This document shows positions 1-12,633 of a stretch of 64,000 nt of DNA, piece after piece; position 1 is the stretch's first letter; every line of letters begins with the position of its first letter. The translations under genes and the position numbers were made by a program. Below the pieces are notes generated by a model that made no database searches, had not been told where the DNA came from, and saw nothing but the letters and a program-made list of their open reading frames with translations. The stretch is from Octopus bimaculoides (lineage: Eukaryota), in the NCBI RefSeq assembly GCF_001194135.2, contig NC_068999.1:31941404-32005403 (forward strand), in the 5' to 3' direction.

Positions 1-48
1 TCACCAGTTATAAGTTGGTAGTCCAGAGTTCATGCTGCGTTTTTTCTT

Positions 49-63
49 CGTCGGGGGTCACCA
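49..63 (-). promoter_or_regulatory. Primer-binding site of LTR retrotransposon, complementary to tRNA-Trp 3' end
   Basis: Minus strand reads TGGTGACCCCCGACG, 2 nt after the LTR end. The metazoan tRNA-Trp 3' end (...CACGUCGGGGUCACCA) predicts TGGTGACCCCGACG; there is one extra C here. Confidence 0.8.
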
Positions 64-65
64 GT

Positions 66-396
66 TATAGGAAAGTGGGTTATACATCTTTAGATTGTGT
101 ACCTGACTTCCTACTATAAAATTAAGAATATAACGGAACGCTGAACTCCAGACTATCAACATAAACAACACTTTATTTAGGTGGTAAATATGTACATCAT
201 TAGTTCTTGTTCTGTGTGTATGAGCATAGTTGTTGGGACGTTGTTCTGTAGTTGTGAGCGAGCTGTCTTGTGTAAGTCCGAAAGATGTAGAGAGACATCT
301 TAAACACACATCCATGCTCAATCGCTGGCCAGCGAGAAAGAGAATGAATTGAGCGGGAAACGCTTGCTTGTTTAATTCTGCGCAGGCGTTACTACA
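66..396 (-). mobile_element. Long terminal repeat (about 330 bp) of a Ty3/gypsy element
   Basis: Minus strand starts TGTAG (396) and ends CTATA (66; CTACA with C>T). It contains AATAAA (177-172) and is directly followed by the PBS. Confidence 0.75.
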
Positions 397-484
397 CATC
401 TATTCGAATTGTAAAGGATATGAGTGATAAGCTGTAGTACAAATTCTTTCCTAACAGATCAGTGAAAAGACTAGTCAAGAATAG

Positions 485-2870
485 AAAATGTGCCTAACGA
501 TACTTTGATGTGGTGGTGAACCTTAGCCTTTTGGCAGGATATACAATGCCACACCCAACTACGAATATCCTTCTTCATGCCTTGCCATACAAAACAGGTC
601 AAAATCAGTATTGCTATTGCCAAAGTATCAGGATGAGATAAATTATGAAGGGCTAAAAAGATAGTTCGTCTATGGTATTCCGGAACATAAGGTCTAGAAA
701 ATCCAGTGGAATCATCACAGCATATTTATGAAGCACAAGAACGTAGTGGTAACAGACGAAATTCTCGAGAAGCTGACTCTAGATTTCAGAGTTAAAATAA
801 TTCTTCGTTGTCTTTCTGACCTGTAGTAATTTCTTCCAAATAAATAATATCAGTAGAATGCAAAGCATTGACATAAACACGGAATAATGCATCTGCAGTA
901 GATTTTTCAGCACCCCTGACACGACGAATATATCCACAATAAACTGTGAAATATAATCAAGGTGTCTAATATCTCTTGGGAAACATTTATCCGTTTTGCA
1001 TTGTAACACATAGGTTAATAGTTTAAGATCAATATAGATAGCAAAGGTGCTTCCTTCCAAGAAATGGTGAAAGTGCTTTACTGACAAATAAGTTGCTCAC
1101 AACTATCGTTCGAAAGTATTATATTTCATTTCGACTGATTTGAGGTGCTTTGGAAAAATAAAATGAAAGAAAGAGGTTACTAGAAGTTTTGGACAAACTA
1201 TTGCAGTGTTTCTCCGATTCCTACATCAGATGCATCCACCATTAATGATAGGGAAGAGTCTGGTATAGGATGGGCTAGTAAGGTAACTCTAGTTAATTTT
1301 TCTTTAATTTTAAAAAACTGCAATCCTGTTGAAGTTAAAGGAATAGTTTCGTTTTTCCGTTTACGATTACGTAGTGATTCTATTAGCAACTTCTCCGCGT
1401 AGTTAGGAATGAAACGCCGATAATAATTAATTAAACCAATAAAATTTCTGAGCTGTTTTAGGAAACAGGAGACAAGCGTTTGATGGCTTCCACTTTAGAG
1501 GGAAGCGGGCGAATACCGTCAGCATCAATGAGATGCCCCACGAATTTCAAACTAGTAGAACTAAAAACACACTTAGCCGGATTGATCTTCTCATCATAGG
1601 AATGTAGGCGCTTGAACAATTGGGTTAAGTGTTGGAGGTACTGGTCTGGAGTACCACTGGCGATTAGAAGGTCATCGACGTACGCGAAGACAAAATCTAA
1701 CCCACAAACGACCTCATCTTTGGAACGTGCTGGCCGCATTTCGAAGACATAGACAAAAGTTCAAACGCTCCAAAAAGGCGTGGTGACAGCTGTCTTTGGA
1801 ATGTTGTCGGGGTTGACAGGGATTTGATGGTACGCACATGCCAAGTCGATTTTAGAAAAATCTTACAGCCGTGCAGGACAGACAAAAAATCCTGCACGTT
1901 GGATAGGGGATAGCGATCCGCGATAGTGACAGTGTTAAGACGTCTAAAATCTCCAACCGGTCGAAAATCAGCTTCATTCTTCCTAGCCATGTGTAAAGGT
2001 GCTGCCAATAGGCTCATGGAGGGACGAATAAGGCCCAGATGGAGCATGTGCTCGAATTCAGCCAGGGTGATCTGGAGTTTCTCTGGAGACAAACGGCGCG
2101 GTCAGGAGAAAACTGGAGGTCCCTTAGTCATGATGAAATGTCTCGTGAAATGGGCTGGATTCGACAGATGAAATGACAAATCAGTCAACTCTGGAAGTGA
2201 AGCGAGTAACTGGTGGTAGGAGTCACCTGAAGCAGCCACAAAAAAAAAAGGAAGGGTTCACAACAGGGACAGAAGAATCCTTTCCGGAGACGGCAAATGG
2301 TGTCATCAATAAATCGGCATCCTCTCACATCCACAAGGAGAGAATAGTGATGTAAAAAGTCAGCACCAAGAATGGGATAGGGCAGGTCCACAATGACGAA
2401 GATCCACTTGAAATCCCTACGGAGTGATAAATCCAGGGTAAGAGAGATTTGTCCGTAGGTTTTGATGGCAGAGTGATTAACCGCATAAAGAGAGATGTCG
2501 GAAAGACCAGGATTGGTGGCAGTAAACCTTTGGTGCCAAATGCTTATGCTGGCACCCGTGTCCACCATAAAGGACTTTGAAGAAATAGCATCTCGGATAA
2601 AAAATGCATGGTAAGGTGAATCAATGAGGGAGACAAGTGACGTGCCCAGCACCTTCCTGCCTAGTTTCCTTGAGAAGAGTAAGAGTAAGACAGGGTACTC
2701 ATTTCGGCCTGGTCCTTGAATTTCCTATGGTACCAGCAAATTGATGGAGCAGGAGGTGCGCATGCATGCGAGAAGGAGCGGGGCCTGGCGCTCTCTGCAG
2801 AATAATTCCGTAAAGACGAATGGTTCCTGCACATGTGTGAAACCTGATGAGTCAGTTCTCCAATGAGCAT
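485..2870 (-). mobile_element. Decayed Ty3/gypsy internal region: gag - protease - RT - RNase H - integrase HHCC
   Basis: In gypsy order on the minus strand: gag CWYHRKF (~2750), protease FMVDTGAS (2185-2652), RT FRPVGDFRRLN/DRYPL (1697-2092), YVDD (1458-1739), RNase H LMVDASDVGIG (1198-1389) and VKHFHHFLEG (779-1087). Own translation of ~760-490 gives LHNLSHP...WQGMKKDIRSWVWHCISCQKAK (integrase Zn finger). Multiple stops/frameshifts; integrase core absent. Confidence 0.93.
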
Positions 2871-3165
2871 GGATGTGAATGTGTTATGTATGGATGCAAA
2901 TGTTTGTATGTTCTTTTATGTGTATGACCATATAAGAATTACTCTGTGCTGATTGTTTTAAACACACACACACATACACACGTTATCCATTCTTTTCCAC
3001 TCCAGCAACCTTATTCTCATACCTCTGCCATCAAGTTCAACTATAACAATGTCACAAGTGCAAGCACAACGCAGAACACAAATATTAAACTCAAGCAACA
3101 TTTTCTAAAGAATAAAGCAGCAACACAGAATACATTCATTGGCTTTGCTTTGTTTCTTCCACCCA

Positions 3166-3348
3166 CTTCATCATCATCGTTTAACGTCTGTCTTCCATGC
3201 TAGCATGGGTTGGACGATTTGACTGAGGACTGGTGAAACCGGATGGCAACACCAGGCTCCAATCTAATCTGGCAGACTTTCTACAGCTGGATGCCCTTCC
3301 TAACGCCAACCACTCAGAGAGTGTAGTGGGTGCTTTTACGTGTCACCC
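3166..3348 (-). mobile_element. SINE family A fragment (GGCATTAGGAAGGGCATCCAGC core, (GAT)n tail)
   Basis: Reverse complement of copies at 18160-18345 and 40905-41080. Shares the CATGGAAAACGGAC(A/G)TTAAA(C/T)GATGATGATG 3' end. Confidence 0.8.
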
Positions 3349-4204
3349 TACATAGTAATATTATTCCACTGGAAACAATTCTTCAGAAATTCCTTACTTT
3401 AATTCTTTGATCTACCCAAAATGAAATATTACTGAGGCTTAGAAATGTAATTAAATAAATCAAACAGCAATGTAAGTTACATGTTTGGATAGAAAGCCAT
3501 GGTATTCAGTATTAAAATCTGTTTATGCTACGGAGTACTTTAGCAGGTGCAGCAATTAATTATAAATGATGTTTAACAATGGTAAGACATACTACAGTGG
3601 TTCACTAAACAGATGCTACTAAGTCAGTACCAACGAATGTAGCAAGGACTGTGTCTCAAGGATGGGACATTCTCTTCAGAACCAGAAAATATTCCAGCAT
3701 CCAACAACTGCTAACACTATATAAAGCTTACTTATGGTGCACAATGGAGCATTGCTCCCACTTCTAAGATTGTACTAACTTCTGGCCATATGCACAGTTT
3801 CCTCTCTCTGCCTTTTCTACCACTAATATACTAGTCTCTGCTCTCACAGTTTGTCATGGTGATGCTGATGCTGGTGGTTTTGTTTGTATTGACGCAGCTT
3901 GTAATGTTTGAGGTGGTGTTATTAGTGTTGGAGATATTATTAGCAGGGAGTGAGGTAGTGTTGATGTTGTTGTTTGTACATTGGATGCCTCAGATCCAGT
4001 AGACCTATGGTCGATGACATTCTATTTTGCTTTAACTTGAGCCAGATCCAGTTGAGCCTATGATTGGAGACCTTCTAAGTACAACCATTCTCTCTTTTTT
4101 TTTCCAGACATATAGAACCATGTTTCCCAATGTGTCCTTCCATTTTTTATGACCACCAGGTATAACATGAAATGCATTTAGTTGTTATTTCTGGTTGGTC
4201 TCGT

Positions 4205-4760
4205 GACTATGTAACAGCTCATTGTGTTGTTGCAGTCTGATCAGGAATATACAGTTTGTCTGCAGTGAAACAGTTGCTCACATAAAGTGTGGTGTAACAG
4301 TAAATACATATTACAAAATCAGTGTAATATAAGGTATAGTGTGGTGATAAACAGATGTTACATATACAATGTAACATGAAATGCAGTATAACTTTAAACA
4401 TGTTAGATATATAATATATCAGATAATGTTGCATGATAATGATTACATATTACTTTTATGTTACATAGAAAAGAGTGTGACAGTAAACTCATTGTGTCTA
4501 TACAATGTTACATGGTTTACTATGTAATAGTGAACATGTGGCATCTGTAACATACATGTACTATGCTGTGTTTATCATATCATCATTCAGTTGCATCTGC
4601 AGGATAACATGAGATACACTGTGACAGGAAACATGTTATATCTACTGTATAACATGTGATACAATGTGACAGTGAACACATTAGATATGCAATGTAACAT
4701 GAGATGTGTAACAGTAAGCATTTGTGTTAGATATGCTGTGTGACAGTAAACAGGTTACAG
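4205..4760. repeat. Degenerate minisatellite built of TGTAACA/TGTTACA/TGTGACAG modules, unit about 45-50 bp
   Basis: Recurring TGTGACAGTAAAC...ATGTTA(C/G)AT..ACAATGTAACATG modules visible through the interval. Confidence 0.65.
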
Positions 4761-5149
4761 ATCCTGTAATCTCTTTCTTTCAGTCTCCACTGCATTTCCA
4801 TCAATCTTTAGAACCTGTCTTCCAGCAGCTGCACACTGCACCAAAAAATACTCATCTAATTTTCAAAACCAGTTTTTCATTCCCTAAATTTATTCAACTT
4901 TTCAAAACTCTCCATTCTACCAATGTTTACAAATCTACAGTCTACATTCTTCAAAAATCTGCTTATCTGCTCATCAAAGATCCATTATTATGCCAAATTC
5001 CAAGAATGAGATTGAGTAAAAATATAAAATTACCATTAAGTCTCCATTCAATCATATTTTATTGATTCTTCTGTCTTATACACACATCTGGTCTTTGTTT
5101 CAAACTCAAAGATATATTCTTTACCTCCAACATTCTAATATTTGCAATG

Positions 5150-5190
5150 CTCTCTGCCTGTCTGTCTGTCTGTTTGTCTCTCTTTCTCTC

Positions 5191-5221
<31 letters not shown>

Positions 5222-5600
5222 CTCTCTCTCCCTCTCTCTCTCCATCTCTCCCTCCTCACCCCCTCTCTCTCTCTATCTATCTATCTATCTATTATATATT
5301 TGTTTGTCTGTCTATCTATTTATCTATCAATGTGTATCTCTTCCTCTATCTGTCCTTCCCTGCCTCTCCCTCCTCCCCTCTCAATCCATCTCTCCCACAC
5401 TACCCTCTCATTATTTCTCTCAACTTTAATATCCTGCCCCCCACCTCTCACACCACTCTGTCTCTTATCTTTCCTACTCCCCCTACTCTTTAATGTCCTA
5501 CTTCCTATCTCTCCTACCTTTCCCAACCTCATAATCCATTTGCCTCCCCCTCCCTCTCCCCCTCCCCCACCATCAGCCATACACACCTCATTTTATTTTT
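5150..5600. repeat. CT-rich polypyrimidine/(CT)n/(CTAT)n tract
   Basis: Direct inspection. Confidence 0.85.
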
Positions 5601-7384
5601 TTGTCTTTATTCTCTTCTGTCTCTAACTCATTGCTTAGTCTCACCTTCTTTCCCCTTGCTCCTTTTTCTCCCCTCTCTAACTCATCATCATCATCATCAC
5701 CACCACCACCACCACCACCACTACCACTAGTAGTTTTATACAACCATGATCACAACCACAGCCAATGTTTTTCAACCACAAACCAGGAAAGCTGCCACAT
5801 GGTCACCCAACATGCTAGAAATACTTGTTAAACCTTTCTCAAATAACAGCTTCTGTTTTAAAAAAGGGCGGACTCAGTGAATATTTTAGTCTGATATATG
5901 GAAAATCTGAATAAAATATGAGATGGTCATGATTGAAACAGTTTAGATCAAAGTTCTGCTGGATCATCTTTATCATCATCATCATCATCATCATCACAAC
6001 GAACATTTCCTTTTTTTTCTTTTTCTCTTCTTCCTTTTATATCCATTTTTATTCCTGTTAATGGCTATGTCATGACCCAATGGTTATTTTCAGTGTCTCT
6101 ATGATGGCTGGTATGGAAAGAAGGGAGTTATTTACAAACTAGGACATGGTTTAAACACTTGTAACAGACTGGATACCACTAAAGAGCTCCAAAAGCCAGA
6201 TTGTGATATTAAATTGAGTTACAGGACCAGTAGCAGCCCATTCAATGGACTTCTGAAAACAGTTTTTATCAACAAAATTTAACTCTCAAAGCTTTGTTTG
6301 ACCTATAGCTACCTCAGAGGAAGAATAGATCTGGCTCTGGTGGATGCACATCAATTTGGATCAGTCTTAAGCATTCAAAAGGGTTAATCCCTGTTAACTG
6401 ACAGCTGACTTAAGAGCAGCTGGTTTCAGTCTTGCCTTCAAATGCTGGATCACTACAATGTGCAGCAGTATCTGTTTGATGGTCAGACTAAAAGATCACC
6501 TCTCAGAACTGTTCTGCATCAAATGCTTGGTGTATCAAAAATGATTTCTCTCCTGCATGTTTTACCATTGGCCCAGTTATCACAGAAAATGGAGACTTTG
6601 AAGGATTTATCACTCAAAATAGGTCATAGGAGAGCTGTATCCCCTGAGTTACTGATCTAACTAGGAGGAAGGAAACAAAAAGGCACTTTTGATGCTTTAG
6701 ATGTGTAATCTGGTCTTTTGTGTGAAGTAACTTTTTTAAATACTTCTTTTTACTCAATGTGCATTTTTTGTCCTAGTATTATCAACATCTTGGCTCTTGT
6801 GGCCAATAGAAAAAATCTTTATCATCATTATTATCATCATTATTACTATCATTGTTATCATTTGATACATTCTGTTTTAGTTCTGACAGTACAATGTACC
6901 ATTAAAATGACACAATGTCAGTTTGAAGTCCTCTTGATTGTAGGGGTCAAAATTTCCAAAGAAGGTTATTTTTTACAAAATCCCCACTCCCAACCTTCCA
7001 CACATACACTTTGGCATATTCTTTGGAGACTCCAGCTCCAGAGCATATGCCAAATAATGGCTTTCTTATCAGCAAATTTTACATTGGAAAACTTTTTTAG
7101 TTTTTAAATCTTAAGACACATCAATATCAGAATGTATTTTATTGATTATCTGCCCTTTCCCATCACTCCTTCTCCAAAAATCACTTTCTCCTATCCTCCT
7201 CTTCCTCTTCTACTGACATCTACCACTCCTACTATCTCCAACCTAACTTATTCCACTATCACTCTTGGTGAGCAAGAATTGCTTTTGTCAGATCTTGAAA
7301 TAAATATGTCAGAAGGACACAGCTATAGTAATGGTGGAAGTTTCTAAAAGACGTTTTACAAACACTCGTACATACATTCACATG

Positions 7385-7440
7385 CACAAACACACGCGCA
7401 CGCACGCACGTACGCACGCACGCACACACACACACACACA

Positions 7441-7505
<65 letters not shown>
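7385..7505. repeat. (CA)n microsatellite
   Basis: Direct inspection. Confidence 0.95.
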
Positions 7506-9401
7506 CCACATGCCTGTTAAAATCATGCCTCAAATAATTCCGTCTGACCCATGCTAGCATGGAAAAGTAGATGGGAAACAAACAAATGAATGATACATTC
7601 ATACACACACACACACTCATTCACATTATTACACATATACATCAACATACACTTACAAAGTCACAGAGAAATTGTGTGTGTGTGTGTGTACATGCACACC
7701 GATATTTGGCCGACTCACACGCATATACTAAACACACAAAATCATTCAAGTACATACGGTGACATACATAATCTTCTTGAATACACACATACACAATCAC
7801 ATTACAGCATTCAAACATTCTCTTAACATATGCCCATGCACATTAACATGCATACACTCACCAGAATACACATCCTACAAACATGTAGACCATCTACTGA
7901 CATGTATACATAAATTGATGCACACTATTACATACACACACACACATGCACACACTCTTATACACACGTACAAGCTATTAAAGGAAACCATTTTTAATCT
8001 TCAGTCAATATGATAAAGTGAAGACAATGTCACTTTAAATTAACATTTATTTTTAGCATTGCGTTTACCCCCTTCATATACCTCCTTCATCTACCCTCTT
8101 CATCTAACTTCTTCATCTGCTCCTTCATTTACCCTTTCATCATCCCCTTCACATACCCCCTCCTTCATACCCCTACAACACATGATACTACACCAACATT
8201 ACATTCCTATATCACCACATTACACCACATCATACTAAACTATACTGCTTCCCCACACTATATCACAATACCACTGCATACCACAACAACACACAATATC
8301 ACATCATTACATTATCACTCGACATCACAACACATCACTCTGCTGCATTAACATTAAACTTACAACATTCCAGATTTGAAGTTCTGCTGAATGTATCATA
8401 CTAGTTGTAAAGTTTGAACCAAAAATAATGTACAAACTATTATAATGGCTAAAATATGTACTAGATATTATTGCAAATGGACAGAATATACAAGCTATTT
8501 GTGAACCAACTTTAGAAAGCCATAAATGAGAGACCAAATTTTAACTTTCTAATTTTGTCCTGACATATTGGCAGCATCAACATTGCCGATTCAGATCTGA
8601 CATGAAAGATAAAAGCCATGCTGAGCTCATGACTCTAGCACTAGCCACATCTCTCAGAGATTGCCAGCTTCTTGAATATGGTAAAAAAAAAAAAAATGAC
8701 ATCAAATGGTTTCTCCCCAGAAGAATGTCACAAATATTCAACTTGATACATCAAATAAACAGACCATTTCACAAAATCACCCTCAGCTACACTGGGGCTC
8801 TGATGTGGCTACAGAAATAAGTGCTTCACAGAATCAGGTGCCCCCATCTATGCAGTCAATCCACCCATCCACCACCCAAGCCCTTTCTACAGTGGTGGGC
8901 ATTGGTCTGTTATACCCAATGACAACCTAGATGCAGCAGCCAAGTGTCCTCTTCACCTTATGCCTAATAGTGGACTCTACCATGCTAAGTTGTTTGGTGA
9001 TGGCCCTTGTTAACCTGTGGGGTTGACATTGGTTATGTTACTGAGCTGCTTTCTTTTGATGAAGAATGATATGTTCCTGCTAGAGAGCTCCAGCTCTTTT
9101 CTGACCCTGAAAACAAAATTAATGATTTCTAACATTGACAGGAAGCCAGATATTGGGTAGGAGAGGATAAAGTCAGTTACTGTATTTACCCATATAGAAG
9201 CCACACTCATGCATAAGTCCTACCCCTAATATTGTGTTAAATATTTGTACAAAATATTTTCCTTTCATAGTTTCACCTATGCCTTGTGTATAAATCATAC
9301 CCCATAGTTTTCAGTTAAAATTAAGTATAAAATAGTGTGACTTATACCTGAGAAAATATAGCAAATCATAAGTATATGATTGGCGATTATTGTATTAACA
9401 T

Positions 9402-9811
9402 AGGCACCAGCATGGCTGTGTTGTTCAGGGTTCAGTCCCACTGCACCTTGGCACCTTGGGCAAGTGTCTCCTACTTCTACTATAGCCTCAGGCCAACAAA
9501 AGCCTTGTGAGTGGATTTGATAGACAGAAACTGAACAAAGCCCATTGAATATATATATATATATATATATCTATGTGTGTGTGTGTGTGTCTTTGTGTCT
9601 GTGTCCGTCTCCTCACCAACACCACCACTGCTTGACAACCACTGCTGGTGTGTTTACATCCCCTTAACTTAGTGATTCAGCAAAAGAGAATGATAGAATA
9701 AGTACTGTGCTTTAAAGAAATAAGTACTGGGGTGGATACATTCGACTAAAAAATCTTCAAGGCAATGTCCCAGCATGGTCACAGTTTAATGACTGAGAAA
9801 AGTAAAATACA
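9402..9811 (+). mobile_element. SINE family B (tRNA-like head, CORE-like GGCACCTTGGGCAAGTG motif, internal (TA)/(GT) tract)
   Basis: GGTTCAGTCCCACTG...GCACCTTGGGCAAGTGTC...AAAGCCTTGTGAGTGGATTT...GATAGAATAAGTACT...CAGCATGG. Same layout in at least 7 other copies in the window. Confidence 0.85.
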
Positions 9812-10304
9812 TCAAATAGGCCAAGGTCAAAGTTGAACCCTGAAGGACTTGAACTCAGAATGAAAACAGACATAACCAAATACTACCATTCTTTATGTCT
9901 GCTTCCCTGACAATTCTACCAAGCTAACATTAGCCCAGACTCAAATGCACATTTGTACATAGTGGATGTTACTGAGTGAATCAATGGAATTTCATTAATG
10001 GTAATTTATTGAGAAATATGAAAACAAAGTTGAGCTCAGAGAAGTTTCAACTCAGATTATTAAAAGATGTAATGAAATGGCCACAAATCAGATAGTTTAG
10101 CACTATATCACACTTTAACTACTACTAATTGAAATTCCTCTTGATATCAATTAAAGCTGGTAGACTTATAAAATTTCTACTGTTTAAGTCCAACCATTGT
10201 CTTCAGCACAACATAATTGATCTCACCTATCCTTTGATAATGGCTACATGATAACTCCCTGCTCTAACTTTTAAGACTTGGCATAATTGGCTTTTATTGA
10301 TTTT

Positions 10305-10310
10305 TTTCAT

Positions 10311-10341
<31 letters not shown>

Positions 10342-10405
10342 TATATGCATTTTATATATACATGTACACATTTCATGTGTGTGTATACATATATATATAT
10401 ACATA

Positions 10406-10472
<67 letters not shown>

Positions 10473-10577
10473 TTATACATACATACATACATACATACAT
10501 ACATACATACATGCATACATATATATGTATACATGTATGTATATATGTATATATTTGTGTGTTTATCTCTCTCTCTC

Positions 10578-10615
<38 letters not shown>

Positions 10616-10625
10616 CAAACATACA

Positions 10626-10678
<53 letters not shown>

Positions 10679-10680
10679 CT
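10305..10680. repeat. Compound (CA)n/(TA)n/(TACA)n microsatellite
   Basis: Direct inspection; explains the YI/HT-repeat ORFs. Confidence 0.95.
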
Positions 10681-10683
10681 ACA

Positions 10684-10850
10684 TAGGTGCAGACATGGCT
10701 GTGTGGTAAGAAGCTTGCTTCCCAGCAACATGCTTCCGGGTTCAGTCCCACTGCATGGCACCTTGGACAAGTTTCTTCTGCTATAACCTTAGGCCAGCTA
10801 AAGCCTTGTCAGTGGATTTAGTAGATGGAAACTGAAAGAAGCCCATATAC

Positions 10851-10916
<66 letters not shown>

Positions 10917-11120
10917 GTGTGTGTGTGTGTATGTCTGTGTTTCTTTGTTTGTCCCCCACCCCACCATCACTTGACAACTGATGTTGGTGTGTTTACGTCT
11001 CCGTAACTTAGCAGTTTGGCAAAAGACCAATAAAATAAGTAATAGGCTTCCAAAGAATAAGTCCTGGGGTTGATTTGCTACAGCATGGCCACAGTCTGAA
11101 ACAAGTAAAAGAATAAAGAA
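10684..11120 (+). mobile_element. SINE family B, near full length
   Basis: GGCTGTGTGGTAAGAAGCTTGCTTCCC...GGGTTCAGTCCCACTG...GGCACCTTGGACAAGT...ACAAGTAAAAGAATAAAGAA. Confidence 0.88.
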
Positions 11121-11134
11121 TATATAAATGCATA

Positions 11135-11330
11135 TGTATTTATATCACCATGATAGATTGCTAGCCACTAAACCTTTTTCTATTTTCTCTCCCTGTTTGT
11201 TTCTGTATTCCTTTCTGCCAAAGAGTGTAGGCTCAAAGTGTAACAGACTTTCTCACTTCTCGAGCGTTAAACTAATACGTCCGTTTGTTGTTTACACACC
11301 TGTCTTCATCTTTTGTCTATTTGTAAATTC

Positions 11331-11337
<7 letters not shown>
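11135..11337 (+). mobile_element. Short PLE pseudo-LTR-like element with decayed hammerhead, ending in (TA)n
   Basis: Homologous to 50053-50295 (minus). The hammerhead position 11211-11250 reads CTTT-CTGCCAA-A-GAGTGTAGGCTC-AAAGTGTA (core mutated). Confidence 0.7.
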
Positions 11338-11361
<24 letters not shown>

Positions 11362-11895
11362 NNNNNNNNNNNNNNNNNNNNNNNNNNNNNNNNNNNNNNN
11401 NNNNNNNNNNNNNNNNNNNNNNNNNNNNNNNNNNNNNNNNNNNNNNNNNNNNNNNNNNNNNNNNNNNNNNNNNNNNNNNNNNNNNNNNNNNNNNNNNNNN
11501 NNNNNNNNNNNNNNNNNNNNNNNNNNNNNNNNNNNNNNNNNNNNNNNNNNNNNNNNNNNNNNNNNNNNNNNNNNNNNNNNNNNNNNNNNNNNNNNNNNNN
11601 NNNNNNNNNNNNNNNNNNNNNNNNNNNNNNNNNNNNNNNNNNNNNNNNNNNNNNNNNNNNNNNNNNNNNNNNNNNNNNNNNNNNNNNNNNNNNNNNNNNN
11701 NNNNNNNNNNNNNNNNNNNNNNNNNNNNNNNNNNNNNNNNNNNNNNNNNNNNNNNNNNNNNNNNNNNNNNNNNNNNNNNNNNNNNNNNNNNNNNNNNNNN
11801 NNNNNNNNNNNNNNNNNNNNNNNNNNNNNNNNNNNNNNNNNNNNNNNNNNNNNNNNNNNNNNNNNNNNNNNNNNNNNNNNNNTATATATATATAT

Positions 11896-11996
<101 letters not shown>

Positions 11997-12450
11997 TACA
12001 TACATACATAAATAGATGGATGAATGTGTGTGTGTATGAGGAAAGGAGAATGAAGAATAATGCATGCTGGGAAGTTAGGTGCTGAAAATTGGTTTGTGCG
12101 TCAATAATACTGCGGTATATTTTTGTAGCATTGTAATGACATTAGTTCACATGATTAGATAAAACCAGTGATGTCTCATCTCCAGGTAGGATAGATCTTG
12201 CAGCCTCACATATTAGACACCACTCAATTTAAGCCCCTTATGTAGAGGTGGGAGAAATCTTTACATCTATATGCATGTGTGTGTGTATGCGAGTATGTAT
12301 ACACACACATATATAATTACACACACACACACACACATATATATACATGGTGGCATACCTATTAGTTTGAGTCATCTTGACCTAAACTCCTCATAAGTGC
12401 CAACACACGAAACTCTCGGACCTTGAGTCTCTCTGTTTCTTCTGCTAAAT

Positions 12451-12495
<45 letters not shown>

Positions 12496-12633
12496 CACAC
12501 ATATATATACAAATAAATATATATATATATAGGCACATATATATACATATATTACATTATTTACATACACATAAACCTAGTTTTTTATTTTTTCTTAATA
12601 CTGGTTTCCATATTACATTCATATTTGTACTAG

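Noticed and set aside
6150-9210. Short ORFs in non-repetitive-looking sequence as candidate host exons
   Set aside because: No recognisable domain, no consistent splice pattern, and stops in all extended frames; cannot be supported without RNA-seq or homology search.
12385-12430. Possible hammerhead remnant CTCATAA-GTG(CCAACA)CAC-GAAAC-TCTCGGAC before a (TA)n run
   Set aside because: It needs at least three core substitutions and stem I is not convincing; too degenerate to call.
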